DNA of 64,000 nucleotides from positions 704,001 to 768,000 of the forward strand of contig CAXXDQ010000004.1 of the NCBI GenBank assembly GCA_963664325.2. Direction: 5' to 3'. This DNA is from Desulfomonilia bacterium (lineage in GTDB: Bacteria > Desulfobacterota > Desulfomonilia > UBA1062). The notes under the pieces were generated by a model that saw only the letters and a list, made by a program, of their open reading frames with translations, ran no database searches and was not told the origin of the DNA. Position 1 is the stretch's first letter; the number at the start of each line of letters is the position of its first letter. Positions 56,472-64,000 of the stretch are shown one piece after another. Made by a program: the position numbers and the translations under genes.

Positions 56472-59081
56472 ATGAATGATAGGGAACGGCTCCTCGAGAC
56501 AATTTTGGATTCCATTACTGCGCATGTGGCAGTTCTGGATAAAAGCGGCAGGATAATCTTTGTAAACTCAGCATGGAAAACTTTTGCCCGGGAGAATGGC
56601 TCTAAGAATGAAGATGCATATCTGGGATTTGATTACCTGGCCGTATGCGAGGCGGCTTTAGAGCGAGAAAATGACGAATCCGCCGCAGCACTTCAGGGTA
56701 TCCGTGAAGTGCTCAATGGCGCAAGGACAGAATTCAGCATGGTATATCCCTGCCACTCGCCGGTCATGAAGCGATGGTTCATCATGCGCGCGTCGGCCAT
56801 GAATGAATACAATGGCGGCATTGTAATCGTCCACAATGATATCACCGAGCGAAAACTGGCCGAGGAGGAGTTGCGCGCAAGCGAGGAGAAGTACCGGAAC
56901 CTGTTCGAGAACCTGGCCGAGCAGGTGCAATTATGGAAACTTGTCCGCGATCAGGCCGGCAACATCCAGACATGGCGTCTGGTGGACATCAACCCCGCCG
57001 GAATGAAAGCCTGGGGCAAGACGCAGGCCGAAACCGTTGGCAAGACCGCGGATGAAATCTTTCCCGGCGCAACGGCTTTTTTCATGCCGATCGTGCAGAA
57101 GATATTCAGGGAAGAAGTGCCCTATTCGCGGGAGTCTTATTTCCCGATGAGCAACCAGTATCTGCATATGATCGACGTGCCGCTTGGCGAATACTTCATC
57201 ACTACCGGCATGGATATCACCGAGCGCAAACGGGCGGAGATGGATCTGCTCAAATCCCAGAACCTGCTCAAAGAAACCGGACACATAGGCAAAGTGGGCG
57301 GCTGGGAGTTCAACATAGACACCTTTGAGCAAACTTGGACCGATGAAGTTTACCGTATCCATGAACTGGGTCCGGACTTCAGGCCGACAGTGGAAAATGG
57401 AATCGCCTTTTACGCCCCTGAAGCCCAAGTGACTATTGAAGAAGCCGTGCGGCGCTCAATCGAACTTGGTGAACCATTCAACGTCGAATTGCCATTCATA
57501 ACCGCCAAAGGAAACCGCCGCTGGGTGCGCGTAATCGGCGAGAGGGATCCCGATAACCGCCGTGTATTCGGCTTTTTCCAGGACATCACCGAACGCAAAC
57601 TTGCCGAGGAAGCCCTGGAGCGGACGAGCAGCACGCTGGCTGAGGCCCAGAAGATCGCGCATCTGGGCAGTTTCGAGTATATCACCGCGAACCGATCGAC
57701 AATCTGGTCAGAGGAACAGTACCGTATTTTCGGTCTCGACCCCATAGATCCTTCGCCGGAGTATGATGTGATGCTTAAGGAGTTCATTCATCCCGACGAT
57801 GCGGCCTCGATGCATGAAGAATTTACGAATGCGATGCAGAACTGTGCTGCCTACGAACACGAACACCGGATCGTGCGGCCGGACGGAAGCGTGCGCTGGG
57901 TATTAAGCAGCGCGCATCCTTACTTTGACGGGCAAGGAAAACTTGCCCGGTACATAGGCATAACGCTGGACATCACGGAACGCAAAGAGGCCGAGCTTGC
58001 ATTAATCAAAGAAAGGGCATTCCTGGAAAGGGTTATGGAAACCGTTCCTGCAGGTGTATTAATATTAGATGCCAACGGGAAGATCTCATATGCAAATTCA
58101 CAGGCAGAGCGAATCCTTGGCTTCTCCCAGGATGAAATCAAGAAGCAACCCTATAACGACCCTGCCTGGAAAAAAACAGATTTAGAAGGGAACTATTTCC
58201 CGGTTGAGGAATTGCCCTTCAGCCGGGTAGTGTCTGCCAGAATACCGGTATATAACGTAGAGCATGCCATCGAAAGGCCGGATGGTAAAAGGGTATTCCT
58301 TTCAGTAAATGCAGCTCTGCTCCTGGACAATAAAGGAAACCTGGAAGGTGTGGTAGAAACAATAAACGATATCACCGCTCTCAAGCAGGCGGAAAAGCGT
58401 ATTCACGCATTTTCCCGCAAACTGTTGAATGTAAGAGAGCAAGAACGCATGCAGATCTCAACCGCCCTTCATCATGACCTTGGATTTGTTACCATAAATG
58501 TAACCTCACGGCTTCAGGCAGCAAAGGATTATCTCCAGGCAAGCAGATTCAGGAAGGCGCTCCAGGTCTTGGAGGAGGGTGAACGCATGTTTACCGAGGC
58601 GATAAGACAATTGAAAAAACTGGCTATTGAACTCCGTCCTCCCGACCTGGATCTCCTCGGACTTCAGAGTGCATTGCGGCAATATTTTGCACAGGTATCA
58701 AAGGGAATTCCCATGAAAATTTCCTTTTCCGACGCCTCCCGGGGCATAACTATCCCTCCTGATTTTCAGACCGTTATCTTCCGGATAGCGCAGGAGTGCC
58801 TGAACAATACAATTCAGCATGCAGGAGCGCTGCATGCAAGAGTGCGCTTATCCGCATCAAAGGGTATGTTGAAACTGTCTTTCACTGATGATGGCCGGGG
58901 TTTCAATCCGGAAAGCTTCATCATCAATCCGGGAGATCATATGGGGTTGCTGACCATGCAGGAAATGGCCAGGGATTCCGGCGGGGATATAAAAATAGAA
59001 TCAAAACCTGGCAAAGGCACAAAAGTCTCTGTAACGGTTCCTTTGAACATGGAAGGTGAAACAAGTGAGGTGGCAAAATGA
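56472..59081 (+). CDS. Soluble multi-PAS sensor histidine kinase (HisKA_3/NarX-like)
   Basis: About five PAS/PAC units ending DITERK-like; ER..IS..LHHDLG; QE.LNN..QHA, DDGRGF, GKGT; no TM segment. Confidence 0.88.
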   Translation: MNDRERLLETILDSITAHVAVLDKSGRIIFVNSAWKTFARENGSKNEDAYLGFDYLAVCEAALERENDESAAALQGIREVLNGARTEFSMVYPCHSPVMKRWFIMRASAMNEYNGGIVIVHNDITERKLAEEELRASEEKYRNLFENLAEQVQLWKLVRDQAGNIQTWRLVDINPAGMKAWGKTQAETVGKTADEIFPGATAFFMPIVQKIFREEVPYSRESYFPMSNQYLHMIDVPLGEYFITTGMDITERKRAEMDLLKSQNLLKETGHIGKVGGWEFNIDTFEQTWTDEVYRIHELGPDFRPTVENGIAFYAPEAQVTIEEAVRRSIELGEPFNVELPFITAKGNRRWVRVIGERDPDNRRVFGFFQDITERKLAEEALERTSSTLAEAQKIAHLGSFEYITANRSTIWSEEQYRIFGLDPIDPSPEYDVMLKEFIHPDDAASMHEEFTNAMQNCAAYEHEHRIVRPDGSVRWVLSSAHPYFDGQGKLARYIGITLDITERKEAELALIKERAFLERVMETVPAGVLILDANGKISYANSQAERILGFSQDEIKKQPYNDPAWKKTDLEGNYFPVEELPFSRVVSARIPVYNVEHAIERPDGKRVFLSVNAALLLDNKGNLEGVVETINDITALKQAEKRIHAFSRKLLNVREQERMQISTALHHDLGFVTINVTSRLQAAKDYLQASRFRKALQVLEEGERMFTEAIRQLKKLAIELRPPDLDLLGLQSALRQYFAQVSKGIPMKISFSDASRGITIPPDFQTVIFRIAQECLNNTIQHAGALHARVRLSASKGMLKLSFTDDGRGFNPESFIINPGDHMGLLTMQEMARDSGGDIKIESKPGKGTKVSVTVPLNMEGETSEVAK

Positions 59082-59731
59082 GTATTCAGGTAATGATAGC
59101 CGATGACCACCAATTAGTCCGCGATGGTCTTAAATTCATCATCGGACATGTCAGCAATGACATCGAAGTGGTCGGTGAGGCATCGAATGGTTATGAGGTA
59201 TTGGAATTAGCGGGAAAAATCTTAGTAGACGTAATCATACTTGATATCACCATGCCCAGGCTTAACGGACTGGAAACACTGCGCAGGCTGATCGCACAAA
59301 GACCCAAAACAAAGGTCATCATACTGAGCATTTACGATACTCAGACCATGGTGGAAGAGGCCATAGACGCCGGAGCCTTTGGGTACATCACCAAGGAGAC
59401 TGCCAGCAAGACCATCGTTGACGCCATTTATGCGGTATTCTCAGGACATTACTATTTCAGCCCTGATATAACCCATCTGTTCATTAAAAAAACCGCGAAG
59501 AGAGGAAGGATACGGGAGTCAACAAACGGTCCTGAATCTCTAACGATTCAGGAAAAGAAAATCATGAGACGTATTGCCGAGGGGTATTCAACCAAGGATA
59601 TCGCTACCGAATTCGGACTGTCCGTGAATACGATCTCAACCCACAGAAAGCATCTGATGGCCAAGCTCGATATCCATAAGCAGGCCGATCTGGTGCGCTA
59701 TGCCATCAGAAAAGGTTTTGTCAAGACCTAG
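59078..59731 (+). CDS. NarL/LuxR-family response regulator
   Basis: ADDH, LDITMP, YITK receiver; LT..E...IAEG.STK.IA...TISTHR..LM.KL HTH. Confidence 0.93.
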   Translation: MSIQVMIADDHQLVRDGLKFIIGHVSNDIEVVGEASNGYEVLELAGKILVDVIILDITMPRLNGLETLRRLIAQRPKTKVIILSIYDTQTMVEEAIDAGAFGYITKETASKTIVDAIYAVFSGHYYFSPDITHLFIKKTAKRGRIRESTNGPESLTIQEKKIMRRIAEGYSTKDIATEFGLSVNTISTHRKHLMAKLDIHKQADLVRYAIRKGFVKT

Positions 59732-59739
59732 CAAGCAAA

Positions 59740-59840
59740 GTGCATTTCATGCACCGTCCCGCACATTTCCAAAATGAGGGGAAAAGGTGAGTAGAACGCA
59801 CCCTATATGATGATTGGAATGCAGGGTGCATAACATGCAC
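59740..59840. promoter_or_regulatory. Two GTGCAT-N3-ATGCAC palindromes
   Basis: At 59740-59754 and 59826-59840. Confidence 0.55.
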
Positions 59841-59896
59841 TGATGCACTGTCTGCCGGTCCTGATGATTATTCAAAAAATCACCTAACATGCCTGG

Positions 59897-59922
59897 AACA
59901 ATCACCTGTTCAGGTGATTGTT
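59897..59922. promoter_or_regulatory. Perfect 12-2-12 inverted repeat, candidate operator
   Basis: AACAATCACCTG-TT-CAGGTGATTGTT. Confidence 0.6.
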
Positions 59923-60104
59923 AAATATGAAAACATAACTGATAATATTGATTGGAATAATTATATAAATAAATTCATATTTTAGACATCATCGAAGAAA
60001 AGGTTCTCAGGTTCAACACGATTCTTAGGTAGGATACGCTTTTGCTTCACTGTTTAAGGGATTCATCCAAAGTGATGCATCCCAGTATAATTTGAGGTGG
60101 CGTT

Positions 60105-60248
60105 ATGTTCTTGGGGATAGTGAACAGAGAAGGGCCAAAATCCAATGTTAACCAGTCTGCAAATTTTCTGAGATTTTCCCCGGAAGAGACAGGATGCAAT
60201 CCGAAGGATCGCATCACTGTGAAATTGGAGGTGTTGCTATGTTCTTGA
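60105..60248 (+). CDS. Putative leader peptide MFLGIVNREGP... (47 aa)
   Basis: GAGGTG RBS after hairpin; homolog of 40208 and 60239 uORFs. Confidence 0.45.
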   Translation: MFLGIVNREGPKSNVNQSANFLRFSPEETGCNPKDRITVKLEVLLCS

Positions 60249-60355
60249 GGACAATGAACAGGGATGGACCAGGATACCCAGTAAACCAGTCAGAGATTTT
60301 TCTAGGCATAAACAAAAGATATGGGCTGCAACCTTCAGCGTTGCATGTCAAATAA
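60239..60355 (+). CDS. Putative leader peptide MFLRTMNRDGP... (38 aa)
   Basis: GGAGGTG RBS after hairpin; starts 133 nt before gene A3, as the 40208 uORF does before A1. Confidence 0.5.
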   Translation: MFLRTMNRDGPGYPVNQSEIFLGINKRYGLQPSALHVK

Positions 60356-60371
60356 AATGCAGGAGGTAACA

Positions 60372-63300
60372 ATGAAGAGAAATGCAATTTTGCTGGCCAT
60401 GTTTTCCATCATGGCCCTATGGTTGAGCGGCTGTATAACTTCCCACAGTCCATCAGCCACGGCAGTCACCATTAAAGTGGGCGATTCGCAGACATTTGAA
60501 GTCTCAGGCCTGGCGAACGGCCCCTATACATGGTCAAAGGGTGGCGTACCCGTAAGCGGTAACACAACCGCATCCTACACCTACACTGCGGTCCTTGAAG
60601 ATATAGGAACATTTTCGGTAAAGGTATCGACAAAGGATGCGTTAAGTGTCACTTCGGAGTTCGTGTGGACAGTAACCGTTGTCAACGACCTGCCGCCTGT
60701 CGCCAATGCAGGTCCTGACCAGCCGACTATCCATTTTGGAGACCCGGTATTCCTGGATGGCAGTGCAAGCTACGATCTAGAAAGCGAGCCGCTGAACTAC
60801 GTATGGGAGATAGTCGGACGTCCGGCAGGAAGCAGCTGCTCACTTGATAACCCAAATGCCGATAAGCCATCTTTCACCCCCGACGTTAATGGCGTTTACA
60901 CGGTCGTGCTCATCGTCAACGACGGCAGGCTGAACAGTGAACCCGACACGGTCATCATCTCCACGACTTACGAAGCGCCGACAGCCAATGCAGGCCCTGA
61001 TCAGAGCGCGGTGTTCCCCGGCACGGTGTCACTTGACGGCAGCGGAAGCACCAATCCGGAAAGCTCCCCGCTGACCTATAAGTGGGCAATCGATTCCGGC
61101 CCGGCAGGCACCACTGCAGCGATCGACGACCCAACCGCGGAGAAGCCGACATTCACGCCTGACAAGAAAGGCGTTTATGTGGTGAGCCTGGTTGTGAACA
61201 ACGGCGTGTTCGACAGCGGCATAGACTATGTTACCATCATCGTTTACAATAACCCGCCAGTCGCCAACGCCGGTGTCGACATAACCGTTTCCGAGCTCGG
61301 CGGCACGGCGCACCTCGACGGCAGCGCCAGCTCAGACCCTGACGGACAGTCGCTTACCTATGAGTGGACAATCCTCTCAAGGCCGTATGGAAGCACAGCC
61401 GTCCTGAGCGATTCATCCATTGTAAACCCGACCCTGACGCCCGACAAGAAGGGCGCATATCTCATCCAGCTGGTTGTGAGCGACGGCGACCTGACCAGCA
61501 ACCTGGACCAGGTCATTGTCACCTGCTCCAACCACGTGCCTGTGGCCAATGCCGGCGACCCGATCATCGTTGAGTTCCTTGATACGGCACAGCTCAATGG
61601 CAGTGCCACTGACCCGGACGGCGACCCGATGACCTATGAGTGGACCGTGGTCTCCAAGCCGGAAGGCAGCGCCGCAGTCCTTTCCAGTACAACAATCCTC
61701 AACCCGACATTCACGCCGGATGTGCAGGGCTCTTACCAGTTCGCCCTGGTCGCGACCGACAACACCGGCCTTTCCAGCTCACCGTCAACGGTGGTGGTCT
61801 CCACCGGGAACCACCAGCCAGTTGCCAATGCAGGCGATGACATAATCATGTCGGCCAACACATCGGTGGCGCTGAACGGCAGCGGAACAGACGTTGACAG
61901 CGACCCGCTGACCTTCACCTGGAGGGTCATCTCAGCCCCGATGGGCAGCGGCGGCGACAGTACTATCTCCAACATCAACATCCCGAACCCGGACTTCACG
62001 CCTGACATGAAGGGTGATTATGTACTCGGCCTCATTGTGAACGACGGGTATGTAAACAGCGTTGAGGATACGATGAAGATCCATGTGCTCAACAACCAGC
62101 CGGTAGCCAATGCCGGGCCTAACCAGAGCGGACATGCTATTTATGGTAACAACCTGGTCTTCAACCTCAACGGGAGCGGCAGTTCAGACCCGGACGGAGA
62201 CTCTCTCACATACAAATGGAGGGTCCTGTCAAAACCGGCAGGCAGCACGGCGATACTCTCGAGCACCACGGCCGTGGATCCGACCCTGACTGTCATCGAC
62301 TTCCCCGGAAACTATGTGGTCGGCCTGACCGTTAACGACGGCGCCATAGACAGCCCAGAAAGCACGGTCACCCTGACATTCGCCAACAACACGCCTGTCG
62401 CCGCAGCCGGGTCGAACCAGAGCCTCCATACAGCCTTTGGCACACCCCTTGTCTTCAACCTTGACGGGGGCGGCAGCACGGACGCTGACTTCGACTCTCT
62501 CACCTACACATGGAGGGTCATATCAAGACCATCAGGCAGTACGGCAGCGCTCTCCAGCACTAACATCGTGAACCCGACCATCACGGCCGACAAGCTCGGC
62601 TCCTATGTGATAGGTCTGAAAGTAAACGACAGTTATGTGGACAGTGCGGAAAGCACTGTAACCCTGACCTATACGAACGCCGCACCGACGGCCGTTGCAG
62701 GCACCTATGCTAACGTGCTCTACGCCAACCGCGGCAATGTCGCACTCAACGGCGGCGGCAGTTCGGACGCTGACGGTGATCCGATACTGACCTGGACCTG
62801 GACCATGACAGCCAAGCCATCCGGCAGCGCGGCAGTGCTCAACAACGCAAGCACGCAAACACCGTGGTTCGCCATGGACCTGCCCGGCACATACACCATC
62901 ACCCTGACAGTGAACGACGGCTGGGTAAACAGCACGGTCAGCACGACAAATATCCTGAACTCCTCAGCCACCATCAATGAAGGCTTCGAGTACGGCGGCG
63001 GCCTGGGCGCATGGTTCAAGAACACCGGTTCGACCACCACCGGTGTAACAGCCACGGCAGTAACATCTTCTACCGTTGCACCTCATGGCGGCACATACAG
63101 CATGTCGATTGCCGGAACTTCCGGCTCCAGCTCCTCGCGATATTACGAACAGGATCTGGCCATCAACGCCTACCTGGTATCCGCGACCATATACACCAGG
63201 AGCAGCAGCACCAGCAGCATCGCAGGCGCGCTGTACCTTGACGGTACCATACAGGGCAGCAACTTCACGCTTTCGACCAGCGCCTGGCAGACAAACGCCC

Positions 63301-63410
63301 GGACCGGCATAAACAAGTATGTCACCAACCTGGGCATCCGTGCGACATATACTACATCCAGTTCAAGGTCGCTCTACACGGACGATATAACATACGTGAT
63401 ATGGAACTGA
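60372..63410 (+). CDS. Cassette 3 gene A: lipoprotein, 8 PKD/REJ-like repeats plus variable C-terminal domain
   Basis: Lipobox LSGC; paralog of A1/A2; ends YTDDITYVIWN. Confidence 0.86.
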   Translation: MKRNAILLAMFSIMALWLSGCITSHSPSATAVTIKVGDSQTFEVSGLANGPYTWSKGGVPVSGNTTASYTYTAVLEDIGTFSVKVSTKDALSVTSEFVWTVTVVNDLPPVANAGPDQPTIHFGDPVFLDGSASYDLESEPLNYVWEIVGRPAGSSCSLDNPNADKPSFTPDVNGVYTVVLIVNDGRLNSEPDTVIISTTYEAPTANAGPDQSAVFPGTVSLDGSGSTNPESSPLTYKWAIDSGPAGTTAAIDDPTAEKPTFTPDKKGVYVVSLVVNNGVFDSGIDYVTIIVYNNPPVANAGVDITVSELGGTAHLDGSASSDPDGQSLTYEWTILSRPYGSTAVLSDSSIVNPTLTPDKKGAYLIQLVVSDGDLTSNLDQVIVTCSNHVPVANAGDPIIVEFLDTAQLNGSATDPDGDPMTYEWTVVSKPEGSAAVLSSTTILNPTFTPDVQGSYQFALVATDNTGLSSSPSTVVVSTGNHQPVANAGDDIIMSANTSVALNGSGTDVDSDPLTFTWRVISAPMGSGGDSTISNINIPNPDFTPDMKGDYVLGLIVNDGYVNSVEDTMKIHVLNNQPVANAGPNQSGHAIYGNNLVFNLNGSGSSDPDGDSLTYKWRVLSKPAGSTAILSSTTAVDPTLTVIDFPGNYVVGLTVNDGAIDSPESTVTLTFANNTPVAAAGSNQSLHTAFGTPLVFNLDGGGSTDADFDSLTYTWRVISRPSGSTAALSSTNIVNPTITADKLGSYVIGLKVNDSYVDSAESTVTLTYTNAAPTAVAGTYANVLYANRGNVALNGGGSSDADGDPILTWTWTMTAKPSGSAAVLNNASTQTPWFAMDLPGTYTITLTVNDGWVNSTVSTTNILNSSATINEGFEYGGGLGAWFKNTGSTTTGVTATAVTSSTVAPHGGTYSMSIAGTSGSSSSRYYEQDLAINAYLVSATIYTRSSSTSSIAGALYLDGTIQGSNFTLSTSAWQTNARTGINKYVTNLGIRATYTTSSSRSLYTDDITYVIWN

Positions 63411-63528
63411 TGACATCACGGCAGCAATTGGAGGGGAAGGCGTGGAGCCTTCCCCATATAAACACCCCCACTGCGGGACCGGCGCAAATGGCCCCCAGGC
63501 AGGGCATTAAAATAAACGGAGGTAATGC

Positions 63529-64000
63529 ATGAAGCGAACCATTAATCTATTACTGATAATGATGATACCCCTCATGGTATTGTCGGGGTGTATTCTCACA
63601 ACCACCCCGCCGGAGGGTACCATTTCCCTGGTCTGGGGCCAGACCCAGGCGTTCAAGGTCTCGGGCATGGGGTCATATCAATGGTATGTTGACAGCAACC
63701 CCATAACGGGAGCGACAACGGCCAGCTATTCATTCAACAGCTACCTGTTCAGCCTAGGGAACCATGAGGTAAAGGTTATAAACACCTTTGCACTGGGAGG
63801 CGGCCAGGCAGCCTGGACTGTCAGGGTGAGCGCGGCACCGGTCCTCGTCCCGTTGGCAGCGGGCTGCAATGACATAATGAATGCAGGCCTTGTATGCGCT
63901 ACCACGCTCAACTGCAGCGATACTGTCCCTGAAGGCCAGGTCATCAGCCAGACGCCTGATGCCGGCGCCAGCGTACCGCTTGGAAGCACAGTGCACCTGG
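63529..64000 (+). CDS. Cassette 3 gene B (3' truncated by window)
   Basis: MKRTINLLLIMMIPLMVLSGC... open to window end, includes most of the first Cys-PASTA repeat. Confidence 0.85.
   Translation, partial: MKRTINLLLIMMIPLMVLSGCILTTTPPEGTISLVWGQTQAFKVSGMGSYQWYVDSNPITGATTASYSFNSYLFSLGNHEVKVINTFALGGGQAAWTVRVSAAPVLVPLAAGCNDIMNAGLVCATTLNCSDTVPEGQVISQTPDAGASVPLGSTVHL

Noticed and set aside
40341-63410. CRISPR array or non-coding tandem repeats
   Set aside because: The repeats are in-frame protein domain repeats; no constant repeat with unique spacers and no cas genes.
40341-64000. Diversity-generating retroelement or invertase-driven shuffling of the variable tips
   Set aside because: No reverse transcriptase, recombinase or TR/VR pair with adenine-specific differences is visible in the window; tips differ throughout.

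Overview
Bacterial chromosome window from a Gram-negative organism; the pyrG-kdsA-kdsC-lptCAB-rpoN-hpf gene order and gene content suggest a Deltaproteobacterium/Desulfobacterota (inference). About 1-36.6 kb is housekeeping and signalling backbone: a CdaA-YbbR fusion, an ECF sigma module, an acyl-CoA dehydrogenase, the Kdo/Lpt/rpoN operon, rmlBD, truA, tRNA-Leu, rpmB, relA/spoT, proS, ispG, recO, two PilZ proteins and a metallophosphoesterase-nucleotidyltransferase fusion. About 36.6-39.7 kb is a decayed patch with two FGGY-kinase remnants, a Usp remnant and a broken ClC gene. From 40.2 kb to the end lies the most unusual part: a three-gene surface-lipoprotein cassette present three times (third copy cut by the window edge). 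Gene A encodes a PKD-like stalk with a variable C-terminal jelly-roll-like tip, gene B encodes Cys-rich PASTA repeats plus an Fn3-like domain, and gene C encodes PKD-like repeats plus a 7-bladed RCC1 propeller. All three share a homologous N-terminal domain after the lipobox. Cassettes 1 and 3 are preceded by a 133-134 nt leader unit encoding a peptide with a codon-conserved N-R-[DE]-G-P motif, and a multi-PAS kinase/NarL-type regulator pair sits between cassettes 2 and 3. Several frameshifts (rpoN, hpf, 48.3-49.2 kb) look like single-base insertion errors of the assembly. All calls are by eye from motifs; no database searches were run.
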